26,283 nt of DNA, taken from NCBI GenBank assembly GCA_019358935.1, contig JAHHIK010000115.1:1-26283 (forward strand), read 5' to 3'. A program made the translations under genes and the position numbers. Every line of letters starts with the position of its first letter. Position 1 is the stretch's first letter. The notes under the pieces are model-generated. The model was not told the origin of the DNA and ran no database searches. It saw only the letters and a program-made list of their open reading frames with translations. This DNA comes from Tolypothrix carrinoi HA7290-LM1 (lineage in GTDB: Bacteria; Cyanobacteriota; Cyanobacteriia; Cyanobacteriales; Nostocaceae). This document shows positions 1 to 8,577 of the stretch, piece by piece.

Positions 1-1
1 C

Positions 2-31
2 CTAGCCAACCTCGAAACCGAGGAAGCGTAA
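2..31 (+). CDS. Possible 3' end of an upstream gene (…LANLETEEA*), product unknown
   Basis: Open frame from the window edge to TAA at 29-31, acidic C-terminal-like peptide, followed by a hairpin at 75-109. Too short to identify. Confidence 0.3.
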   Translation, partial: LANLETEEA

Positions 32-74
32 GCACTAGGAAAGAACGCTTTCACTTACACCGTGGAGTGAGGTA

Positions 75-109
75 TGGACAAATTATCTAGCTAGTGGTAG
101 TTCTGTCCA
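75..109 (+). terminator. Stem-loop, possible terminator or processing hairpin
   Basis: TGGACA(75-80)…TGTCCA(104-109), extended by AATTATC/GGTAGTT pairing with G-U. No strong U-tract. Confidence 0.35.
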
Positions 110-133
110 CACATTTAGAAGCGGTGTCACAGT

Positions 134-1255
134 ATGAGTACATTTCAAGAAAACAGGGATGGATACCCCTTAGAGGGTCTAGCGGATGAAGAACAGGAAA
201 CACAAATTGAGGAAAATCAGGAAGATGAAGATGATGATATCCTTCCTTCCAGGTTTTCAATATCAGTTTCTCGAACAGATTTTGATGTAGAAGGCATAGT
301 GAAGCGCTTGAGAAATGGTGACATAATTATTCCGGATTTTCAACGTGCTTATGTATGGAAACCTAAACAAGCTTCGCGTTTAGTAGAATCTCTATTATTA
401 AATCTACCAGTTCCAGGTATTTTCCTTGCAAAAGAGTCACCAACAAATAAGCTGTTAGTGCTTGATGGTCAGCAAAGATTAATTAGCCTTAAATCTTTTT
501 ACGACGGCAAATTTCCAAATAGTCGGACATCTTTTTCTTTAAAAGGTGTTAATTCAGAGTTTGAAGGTAAAAAATATCAATCACTGCCTGATGCAGAACG
601 ACGACAATTAGACAACTCAGTTTTATCGGCAACCGTGATTGAGCCACATCAGAATAACGAAGAGAGCATTTACTACATTTTTGAAAGACTTAATACAGGA
701 GGTACTTTATTAAAACCCCAAGAAATCCGTGCTTGTATTTACCACGGAAAGTTGAATGATCTGATTGGCAACATGAATAATAATGAAGCTTGGCGTAATA
801 TATTTGGCAAGCAGGATAAAAACAAGAAAGACCAAGAACTCATTCTAAGATTTCTAGCACTTTACTTTGAGGGTAACAACTACAAGCCGTCGCTGAAAAA
901 TTTTCTTAATAATTTTATGATTAAAAATAGACAATTTAGGTATTATTCTCAAGCGAAAAGAGAAAAAGCATTTATACCGACAATTGAAATGATTTACAAA
1001 TGTATCGATAACAAAGCTTTTAAAGGAGAGAAAGGATTTGTCCCAACTTTTTTTGAGTCAATCATGGTTGGTGTAGCGAAAAGACTAGAATCAGGCGACC
1101 TTGAAAATTTAGATGAATTTAAAAAACGATATAAGACTCTAGTTAGTGATAAAAATTTCCTGGCTGTATCTGTAAAAATACGCGATTTAACTAACGAACA
1201 TAACCTAAAGGAAAGACTAAGAATGGCAACAGAAACTTTTGCTGACTTGCAGTGA
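134..1255 (+). CDS. DUF262 (ParB/Srx-fold, GmrS N-terminal-like) protein, putative defence-associated
   Basis: Hallmark motifs IPDFQRAYVW, LVESLLLNLPVP, VLDGQQRL, IFERLNTGG; acidic N-terminal tail. Confidence 0.85.
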   Translation: MSTFQENRDGYPLEGLADEEQETQIEENQEDEDDDILPSRFSISVSRTDFDVEGIVKRLRNGDIIIPDFQRAYVWKPKQASRLVESLLLNLPVPGIFLAKESPTNKLLVLDGQQRLISLKSFYDGKFPNSRTSFSLKGVNSEFEGKKYQSLPDAERRQLDNSVLSATVIEPHQNNEESIYYIFERLNTGGTLLKPQEIRACIYHGKLNDLIGNMNNNEAWRNIFGKQDKNKKDQELILRFLALYFEGNNYKPSLKNFLNNFMIKNRQFRYYSQAKREKAFIPTIEMIYKCIDNKAFKGEKGFVPTFFESIMVGVAKRLESGDLENLDEFKKRYKTLVSDKNFLAVSVKIRDLTNEHNLKERLRMATETFADLQ

Positions 1256-1514
1256 TTATTCTAAAGGTAGTAGCCGACAAGCTGTTAGAAACACAATAAC
1301 TTGTCAGATTTACATTATCATTTCCAACTCATTGCTGGTGATATAAAGCGATCGCACTCCTCAACCAAAAGACCAAAAGCGCGATCGCACTCTTCTACTC
1401 GCAATCTACTCCACCAGGCAAAATCACCTTTGGCTAAGTCCAAACATCCAAGGAAAGTTATGTTTAAATAATCATCGTGACCTAAATCTAAAAGCCCAAG
1501 CTAACAGGATTATG

Positions 1515-1561
1515 GCCCGCGTAGGCGGGCTTTGTTTGTATAGCTTCAGGCTTATAGCCTG
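1515..1561. repeat. Double-hairpin small dispersed repeat (REP-like)
   Basis: GCCCGC-GTAG-GCGGGC (1515-1530), spacer TTTGTTTGTATAGCTT, then CAGGCT-TAT-AGCCTG (1547-1561). Confidence 0.55.
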
Positions 1562-1579
1562 TAAGGTATTTTTTAAACA

Positions 1580-2194
1580 ATGAATGACTTTCGCTATATC
1601 ATTTTTTACAAACCATACGGGGTTCTCAGCCAATTTACAAAAGATAGCCCTAACCGCAGTACCCTAAAAGATTACATCGAAGTGGCTGATGTGTACCCTG
1701 TCGGGCGTTTAGACTGGGACAGTGAAGGATTATTATTATTGACAAATAACGGAAAATTGCAACATCGCCTATCTCATCCTCAATTTGGACATGAAAGGAC
1801 TTATTTAGTACAAGTAGAGCGAATTCCGGATGCAGAGGCTTTGCAGAAATTGCAAACAGGTGTGCAAATTCAAGATTACCGTACTCGACCGACAAAAGTA
1901 CGACTTTTGCCAGAAGAACCGTTGTTAAGCGATCGCGATCCACCGATAAGATTTAGGAAAAATGTTCCCACAGCTTGGCTAGAGATGACTTTGACAGAGG
2001 GGAAAAATCGGCAGGTGAGAAGGATGACAGCAGCTGTAGGATTTCCTACCTTGCGACTGGTAAGGATAGCGATCGCCCACTTAAAATTAGATCGTCTACA
2101 ACCAGGAGAGTGGCGCGAACTTACCCCAGAAGAAGTCAAATTGTTGCATAATTTAACGAAACCACAGAAAAAAGCATCTATTTTTAAGCCTTAA
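1580..2194 (+). CDS. rluE: rRNA pseudouridine synthase, RsuA/RluE family
   Basis: [11 protein letters not shown], catalytic [46 protein letters not shown]; no S4 domain, as in RluE. Confidence 0.85.
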   Translation: MNDFRYIIFYKPYGVLSQFTKDSPNRSTLKDYIEVADVYPVGRLDWDSEGLLLLTNNGKLQHRLSHPQFGHERTYLVQVERIPDAEALQKLQTGVQIQDYRTRPTKVRLLPEEPLLSDRDPPIRFRKNVPTAWLEMTLTEGKNRQVRRMTAAVGFPTLRLVRIAIAHLKLDRLQPGEWRELTPEEVKLLHNLTKPQKKASIFKP

Positions 2195-2521
2195 GCATTG
2201 CTTCTAAGGGGGAAGACTGCCTACATACATTTAAATAATTGTGGTTAAAATTATGAACTGTTTATAAAAATCTCTTTTCCTAACCTGTAGTCTAAGCGCT
2301 CCTAACCCAACTGCCTAAGCCTCTCTATTTTCAAGATAGATTAATCAATATCTCCAATCGCAAGTTTTGAGCTATCAATTAAAGAATCATACAGTGTAAA
2401 GCTTAGTCTTTACATAAGTTTTTATTTATACCTATCACACAAATTAATTTAAAACCTGTATAATAAGATTTTTTTCTTACCGCCTAGTTCACACTTCTCG
2501 CTTGGGTGCAAGTTTAAATCT

Positions 2522-4198
2522 ATGAGCCGCAATCAGCAATCTAGCTGGCATTACACTCGTCAAAAAGATATTTTGTCTGTAACACCTGTACATCTGGAAG
2601 TTGTGTCTGAACGAGCTACCGATTTAGAACTTTGCACCCCAGAAACCCTGCGTGATACCCAAGAAGAACTCCAGTGGTATCGCAGTTTGTATGAAAATAC
2701 ACCTTCTGTGTACTTCACCTTGGATGCAACAGGGAAAATTTTGTCTGTAAACCAATTTGGTGCAGACAGTCTAGGATATAGACGGGAACAACTAATCCAA
2801 ACTTCAATTTTTAACTTGTTTGAGGAGTCAGACAAGCAAAGGTTAAGTAATGCATTCAAAGAATTATTAACAGCGTCACCCGAAAGCGAAATTACTAATT
2901 GGGAGTTTCGCTTAAATGCCAGAAAAATGGTTTGGGTAAAAGTTAAAGCGCGGATATTACCAAGTGAAGAGGCAAATCCGCTGATTTTGATGGTTTGCGA
3001 GGATATTACCGCTCAGAAACAGACGGAAGACTTGTTACGAGAAAGCGAACAACGCTTTCACACTATGGCTGACACAGCACCAGTTATGTTGTGGATGTCT
3101 GGAAGTGACTCGTTATGTAATTTTTTCAACCAATCTTGGTTAAATTTTACCGGACGCAGCTTAGAACAAGAGCAAGGTTTAGGCTGGTTGGAAAACGTAC
3201 ATCCTGAAGATCAAGATTTTTGCTTAAAAACCTATGAATCTGCCTTTAATGCACGAGCGAAATTCAAGATGGAATATCGGCTCAAGCGACATGACGGCAA
3301 TTATCGTTGGATTTTAGATTCTGGGGTTCCCAGATCTACATCCACAGGTAACTTTACTGGTTACATTGGTAGTTGTATTGACATCACAGAGCGCAAATTA
3401 ACAGAAGTTGCTCTTCAAGAAACTCAAGAAGCAGCACAAGCACAATTTGATGAAATTGAAAGCCTCAATCGTCTGAAGGATGAATTTCTCAGTACAGTTT
3501 CCCATGAACTACGCACGCCACTAACTAACATGAAAATGGCGATTCAGATGCTGGGAATCTCACTGAAAAAAGAGCAAAACTTTTTGTTGGAAATGAACAA
3601 GCCAGAAACAGAACGCTCAAAAGCAGCTCGCTACTTTCAAATTTTAGACAACGAGTGCGATCGCGAAATTAACCTAATTAATAATTTCCTGGATTTGCAA
3701 AAGCTCGATAATGTCGCTAAACCGTTGGTATTAGAAACAATTCAACTACAGCAATGGCTTTGCCGGGTGTTGCAGGTATTTCAAGCACGCAATCGCAACA
3801 GTTCTCAGCAACAGTTGCAGCTAAATATAGCTGCCAATCTTCCCCCACTCACTTGCGATCCCTTCAGTCTCGAACGTATTTTGATCGAACTGCTCACCAA
3901 CGCTTGTAAATTTAGCCCACCAGAAGCACAAATTACCCTCAGCGCTCAATTAAAATCAAAACAAATTCAATTCCAAGTAATTAATACTGGTGTGGAAATT
4001 CCCACCACAGAAATACCGCTCATTTTTAACAAATTTTATCGCATTCCCAGCAACGATCCTTGGAAGCAAGGGGGAACCGGATTAGGATTGGCACTAGTAC
4101 AAAAACTCACTCTTTCCCTTGGAGGCACAATCGAGGTTGAAAGTCAATCAAACCGTACCTGTTTTACGATTTTACTACCAGTAAGCAGTGAGGGATGA
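2522..4198 (+). CDS. Cytoplasmic PAS-PAS sensor histidine kinase
   Basis: Two PAS/PAC domains (…EDITAQK, …CIDITERK), H-box FLSTVSHELRTPLT, N-box ELLTNACKFS, F-box IFNKFYR, G2 GTGLGL. No TM segment or receiver domain. Confidence 0.92.
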   Translation: MSRNQQSSWHYTRQKDILSVTPVHLEVVSERATDLELCTPETLRDTQEELQWYRSLYENTPSVYFTLDATGKILSVNQFGADSLGYRREQLIQTSIFNLFEESDKQRLSNAFKELLTASPESEITNWEFRLNARKMVWVKVKARILPSEEANPLILMVCEDITAQKQTEDLLRESEQRFHTMADTAPVMLWMSGSDSLCNFFNQSWLNFTGRSLEQEQGLGWLENVHPEDQDFCLKTYESAFNARAKFKMEYRLKRHDGNYRWILDSGVPRSTSTGNFTGYIGSCIDITERKLTEVALQETQEAAQAQFDEIESLNRLKDEFLSTVSHELRTPLTNMKMAIQMLGISLKKEQNFLLEMNKPETERSKAARYFQILDNECDREINLINNFLDLQKLDNVAKPLVLETIQLQQWLCRVLQVFQARNRNSSQQQLQLNIAANLPPLTCDPFSLERILIELLTNACKFSPPEAQITLSAQLKSKQIQFQVINTGVEIPTTEIPLIFNKFYRIPSNDPWKQGGTGLGLALVQKLTLSLGGTIEVESQSNRTCFTILLPVSSEG

Positions 4199-4352
4199 GG
4201 GGGATGGGGGGCTTTGGGGATGGGGAGATGGGGGGATGGGGGGATGGGGGGATGGGGCGAGGGGGAGAAAGAAGAATTATTCTCCTTGTCTCCAAGGAGT
4301 CCCCTTGTCTCCACTCCCCCACTCCCCCACTCCCCCACTCCCCCACTCCCCC
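4192..4352. repeat. Bipartite short tandem repeat tract, (GGGGGATG)n then (CCCCACTC)n
   Basis: G-rich octamers at 4192-4267, a spacer containing CCTTGTCTCC, then C-rich octamers at 4311-4352. Confidence 0.9.
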
Positions 4353-4598
4353 AAACAATCAAGATATGTGTTTAAATATGGGCGATCGCTAATTTTTAAT
4401 GGCAGGTTATTCTGAGGGATAGGCTTGCCTGTATTTCACATATTTTGAAAATATGCGTAAGAATTAATACTGTCACCAAAATTCACTGTTGACACCACAA
4501 TATTTTGTCGGTCTACTATAAGCAGCCGACATTTGTGGCAATGCATCGATTGTAGTGGTCAGAAGCACGCCAGGAACGGGAATTAAGGAACTTCCACA

Positions 4599-6608
4599 AT
4601 GCTGATTTGCCCCCAGTGTAAATTTGAAAACTCTAATACCAACAAGTTCTGTCAAAACTGTGGCACGTCCTTGACGCAAAAGGTTTGTCCAAAATGCAGT
4701 AGCGCTGTGGCTGTCAATACAGAACGATGTCACAACTGCGGCGCGGAATGCGGCACAATTTGGTGGGCAATTATTGCCAAAGAAGAGACTTTTGTCGAGG
4801 AAGTCAAGGAAAGTGAACCCGAAGATCAAAAGATAAAAAGCTTAGAAGATGATTCTCCCCTTGTCTGTCTTTCACCCCAATTCGCCCAAGCGAGCTTTCC
4901 TTCTGGCTTAATCGCCTTTTCTGAACTCCCGGTTGGCTCTTATTTAGACTCGCAACAGCGCTATCAACTGTTAGATCCGCTACCAGCACTATCAGAAGTT
5001 GCCGCTCATACTGAGGTGTGCGTGAGAGTTTTAGACTGCCAACCATATCAAGTGTCGCCGCTACTGGCAATACTAAAAAATCAGCAAAACAATTTGATTG
5101 CGCCATCAACCGAAGCAGCCAGGATTCCTAACCTCGCTAAACTTTATATTGCTTTGCAACCAGGGTCTCACCCAGAAATACCATCGATTCACGATGCATG
5201 GCAGGAAAACCAGAGAATGGTGGTACTGATTGAGAACCGATCGCATTGGCAGCATTTAGTCGAATTATGGCAAGATGATCATATAACTTCGTTACAAATA
5301 TTACATTGGTTTTATCAGATGACTCAACTATGGGCGCTATTAGAACCATTGAATTGTCGTCAAAGTCTGTTGGAGTTATCGAATTTGCGCTTGGATGAAG
5401 ACCAGACGCTGGCACTAAAAAAAATATACGTAGAAACACATAGAAATAATTCTGCTGAATTGTCAGATGCCGAAGCGCAACCTTTAACAATTGAAGCTTT
5501 GGGACGTGTTTGGCAGGCGTTATTTAGACAGTCGCAACGCACTCAATCTGGCTCTGTGATACAGTTGTTGGGCGAGATTGAGGAAGGTAAGATTGAAACG
5601 ATAGCTCAATTGCGATCGCGTTTGGAGGCGATCGCCGCTGAACTGCAACCAGCCACAACCGCAACCGAACCAACAGTAAAAGAACATACTCCATCGCCAA
5701 CTATCCTGCAATTAGACGACACAGAAGATACCGCCCCTAGAGGCGATGATATGCCAACAGTGGTGCTGCCGATGCAGTTAATCAGCCTAGAAGATGCAGG
5801 ACGCACGGATGTTGGGCGTCAACGCCAACACAATGAAGACTTTTTTGGTGTTGAAACCAAAATTAACAAACTAGAATTGCCCAAAAACCGAGCTTTGCAA
5901 GCGCGTGGTTTATATATTCTCTGCGATGGAATGGGTGGACACGCTGGTGGTGAAGTCGCCAGTGAGTTGGCAGTTACCACCCTGCGAGAATACTTCCAAA
6001 AACATTGGCTTTCTAACCAACTCCCAAGTGAAGACAGCATCGCTGAGGCAGTACTTTTAGCAAATCAGGCAATTTACGATGTTAATCAACAAGATGCCCG
6101 TTCTGGTGTCGGTCGCATGGGCACTACCTTGGTAATGCTCTTAATCCAAGACACTCAAGCAGCAGTTGCTCATGTGGGGGATAGTCGCTTGTATAAGCTG
6201 ACTCGCAAGGACAAACTTAAACAAATAACGGTAGATCACGAAGTCGGTCAACGGGAAATTGCTCGTGGAGTTGAACCAAATTTAGCTTACGCTCGCCCAG
6301 ATGCTTATCAACTTACTCAAGCTCTTGGTCCACGAGACGAAAACTTGATTAATCCCGATGTCCAATTTTTCGAGATTAATCAAGATACACTCTTCATCCT
6401 CGCTTCGGACGGTTTATCAGATAATGATTTACTAGAAATTCATTTTTCTACTCACTTAGAACCGCTGCTAAGTTATGGTGCTAACTTAGAACGCGGAGTC
6501 CGAGAGTTAATTGATTTAGCGAATCAACACAATGGTCATGACAACATTACTGCTGTACTCATCCGGGCAAAAGTCCGTCCCAACGTCGAAAGTCAAAAAA
6601 ATAGTTAG
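4599..6608 (+). CDS. PP2C/PPM-family Ser/Thr phosphatase with N-terminal double zinc ribbon
   Basis: CPQC/CQNC/CPKC/CHNC at the N-terminus; PP2C motifs TDVGRQRQHNED, LCDGMGGHAGGE, MGTT, HVGDSRLY, ASDGL, GHDNIT. Confidence 0.92.
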   Translation: MLICPQCKFENSNTNKFCQNCGTSLTQKVCPKCSSAVAVNTERCHNCGAECGTIWWAIIAKEETFVEEVKESEPEDQKIKSLEDDSPLVCLSPQFAQASFPSGLIAFSELPVGSYLDSQQRYQLLDPLPALSEVAAHTEVCVRVLDCQPYQVSPLLAILKNQQNNLIAPSTEAARIPNLAKLYIALQPGSHPEIPSIHDAWQENQRMVVLIENRSHWQHLVELWQDDHITSLQILHWFYQMTQLWALLEPLNCRQSLLELSNLRLDEDQTLALKKIYVETHRNNSAELSDAEAQPLTIEALGRVWQALFRQSQRTQSGSVIQLLGEIEEGKIETIAQLRSRLEAIAAELQPATTATEPTVKEHTPSPTILQLDDTEDTAPRGDDMPTVVLPMQLISLEDAGRTDVGRQRQHNEDFFGVETKINKLELPKNRALQARGLYILCDGMGGHAGGEVASELAVTTLREYFQKHWLSNQLPSEDSIAEAVLLANQAIYDVNQQDARSGVGRMGTTLVMLLIQDTQAAVAHVGDSRLYKLTRKDKLKQITVDHEVGQREIARGVEPNLAYARPDAYQLTQALGPRDENLINPDVQFFEINQDTLFILASDGLSDNDLLEIHFSTHLEPLLSYGANLERGVRELIDLANQHNGHDNITAVLIRAKVRPNVESQKNS

Positions 6609-6755
6609 TGCAAGCGTGGATAGTTGATAGTGGAAGCGTGGATAGTTGATAACTGTTAACCGTCAACCAACAACTAAGAACCAACAACTATCAACTAACA
6701 ACTACCAACTACCAACTACCAACTACCAACCAACAACTAACAACTACCAACTAAC
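6609..6755. repeat. Bipartite heptamer (STRR-type) tract, GTGGATA/GTTGATA then CAACTAC/CAACTAA
   Basis: Direct reading. It accounts for the low-complexity N-terminal extension of ORF 6646..8058. Confidence 0.88.
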
Positions 6756-6768
6756 ATTACCTTATATT

Positions 6769-8058
6769 GTGGTTACTCTGACCCTGTTAGACGCGCAAGA
6801 AAAAACGCCGCTCAAGCAGTGGTGCTTTGAAGACTGCTCCGTAATTCGGATTGGTCGAGCGGCAGATAATCAGGTTGTTTTAACTGATAATTTAGTTTCT
6901 CGGTATCATCTAGAACTTAAGCAAATCAATTCTGGCAGCAATGGTGGTTCCTGGCAGGTAATTAGCCAAGGCACAAATGGCACTTTCCTTAATAGTGTCT
7001 TGGTGACACAGAGTTTGCTGCCAGACAATTCCCTGTTGCAATTGGCACAGGGCGGACCGCTACTCAAATTTGAAATTCAGCCAATAAAATCACCCGCTCC
7101 TAAATTGGCGGGTAAAGAAGTTGGCGGGGAAATCGAAGCAACTGTTAAGAGTTTTATAGAAGTGGTGTCAGCAAAAACTCCTGCAACTTCACGCTCAACT
7201 TGCACCCACGAAGGTAATTCTCCTAAGAATCTATTTTGCATCCACTGCGGTCAACCGCTGACAGTGCAAAAAGTAATTCGCTACTATCAGGTGTTGCGGA
7301 CGCTTGGACAGGGAGGTATGGGAACTACCTATCTAGCTTGGGATGCAGCTGGGTGGATTGCTGGATATCCGCAATTGCTGGTGTTGAAGCAAATGAATGC
7401 TGATATGGCGAAAATCGCCAAGGCTCAAGAATTATTTGAACGGGAGGCGCATACTCTCAAATCCCTGAGTCATCCAGGAATTCCTAAATATTACGACTTT
7501 TTTGTGGATAGCGGCAAAAAATATCTGGCAATGGAATTAGTCCACGGTCAGGATTTAGAAAAATTAGTTTACACGACAGGACCTGTCACACCCAGTCGTG
7601 CGATCGCCTGGATGATCCAAACCTGTGACATATTAGATTATCTCCACAGGCAAGATCCACCACTGATTCACCGCGATATTAAACCCGCTAACCTGATGGT
7701 GCGAAGTTCTAATAATCAGATAGTGGTGCTGGATTTTGGCGCTGTGAAAGAAATTGGCACCGCGCCGGGAACTCGCATTGGTGCAGAAGGTTATTGTGCC
7801 CCCGAACAAGAGCGAGGACAACCTTTGACACAATCCGATTTGTACGCGATTGGACCTACACTAATTTTTTTACTAACAGGCGAAAATCCTTTTAAGTTTT
7901 ACCGCCAGCGGGGTCGAAATTTCCGATTTGATTTGGCAAGCGTTCCCACTTTTACTCCGAAATTAAAAGAGGTTATTGACCGCGTTACAGAACCACTGCC
8001 ACGCGATCGCTACCAAACAGCGAAAGAACTCGCTGCCGCATTAGCTACTTGCCAATAG
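6769..8058 (+). CDS. FHA-domain Ser/Thr protein kinase (Pkn2 type) with linker zinc ribbon
   Basis: FHA IRIGRAADN…VSRYH…TNGTF; CTH…FCIHCG; kinase motifs LGQGGMG, VLK, HRDIKPAN, DFG, APE, SDLYAIG. Start moved to GTG 6769, just after the repeat tract. Confidence 0.9.
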   Translation: MVTLTLLDAQEKTPLKQWCFEDCSVIRIGRAADNQVVLTDNLVSRYHLELKQINSGSNGGSWQVISQGTNGTFLNSVLVTQSLLPDNSLLQLAQGGPLLKFEIQPIKSPAPKLAGKEVGGEIEATVKSFIEVVSAKTPATSRSTCTHEGNSPKNLFCIHCGQPLTVQKVIRYYQVLRTLGQGGMGTTYLAWDAAGWIAGYPQLLVLKQMNADMAKIAKAQELFEREAHTLKSLSHPGIPKYYDFFVDSGKKYLAMELVHGQDLEKLVYTTGPVTPSRAIAWMIQTCDILDYLHRQDPPLIHRDIKPANLMVRSSNNQIVVLDFGAVKEIGTAPGTRIGAEGYCAPEQERGQPLTQSDLYAIGPTLIFLLTGENPFKFYRQRGRNFRFDLASVPTFTPKLKEVIDRVTEPLPRDRYQTAKELAAALATCQ

Positions 8059-8349
8059 GAGGAGTGGGGGAAGATGAGGGAGACGAGAGAGACAAGGGAG
8101 AGGGGGGGAGACAAGGAAGACAAGGGAGAGGGGGGAGACAAGGGAGAAATTCCTCCTTGTCCACGCCAGACGCACGCGGCTGTGCTACAACGGAGGGAAC
8201 CTCACGCCAGATTGCTCAAGTCGGGAAACCCGCCCACGCAACTGGCTCCGCAACGCACTGGCTCCTCAAGGGAGGACGCCTCCGCACAGCGCTGGCTCCC
8301 CTTGTCCTCCTTGTCCTCCTTGTCCCCTTGTCCCCTTGTCCCCTTATCC
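8059..8349. repeat. Bipartite tandem repeat tract (GACAAGG/GGGAGA units then CCTTGTC units) between convergent genes
   Basis: GACAAGG-type units at 8090-8146, and their reverse complement CCTTGTC at 8155-8161 and 8300-8340. Confidence 0.88.
8163..8298. mobile_element. Three nested 45-46 nt mini-elements (ACGC…CTGGCTC)
   Basis: Inner 8204-8248; middle 8174-8203 plus 8249-8264; outer 8163-8173 plus 8265-8298. Shared termini, and internal hairpins are restored when the inserts are removed. Confidence 0.75.
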
Positions 8350-8577
8350 TTAGTCTGACTCTTCGTCCCAAGCTTCTACTGCTAACAAATCGCCAATTGG
8401 GTCTTGCATAGTAAAGCCAAAATCTAGCAGTTCCTGCTTCCAGTACTGCCATTCATTGCCGTAAAGCAACGCGATTTTCCAAATGCTGTCGGTTGGCTTG
8501 ATAATTTTAGATTCTACGAGTGATTGCACGTTACGCTGCAATTTCACCATAGGGTGAATTACTTGCTGCTGAGTCAT
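8350..8577 (-). CDS. DUF4327-family small cyanobacterial protein
   Basis: IHPMVKLQRNVQSLV…IKPTDSIWKIALLYGNEWQYWKQELLDFGFTMQDPIGDLL matches the family as I recall it. Confidence 0.75.
   Translation of the reverse strand: MTQQQVIHPMVKLQRNVQSLVESKIIKPTDSIWKIALLYGNEWQYWKQELLDFGFTMQDPIGDLLAVEAWDEESD

Noticed and set aside
1..110. Possible tRNA or other ncRNA at the window start
   Set aside because: No cloverleaf, T-loop or CCA; better explained by a CDS end plus a hairpin.
4144..4415. Four overlapping short ORFs (4144-4362, 4164-4358, 4188-4415, 4195-4392)
   Set aside because: These are translations of the G/C-rich tandem repeats, giving low-complexity Gly/Pro peptides.
4489..4519. Sigma70-type promoter TTGACA…TACTAT
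   Set aside because: The 19-nt spacing is suboptimal and cannot be supported without TSS data.
6646..6768. N-terminal extension of the kinase ORF
   Set aside because: It is encoded by the heptamer repeat; GTG 6769 gives a typical FHA-kinase start.
8049..8452. ORFs 8049-8411, 8074-8358 and 8216-8452, and a possible mini-CRISPR in the same region
   Set aside because: The ORFs are repeat-derived. The repeated ends are nested rather than regularly spaced with unique spacers, and no cas genes are present.
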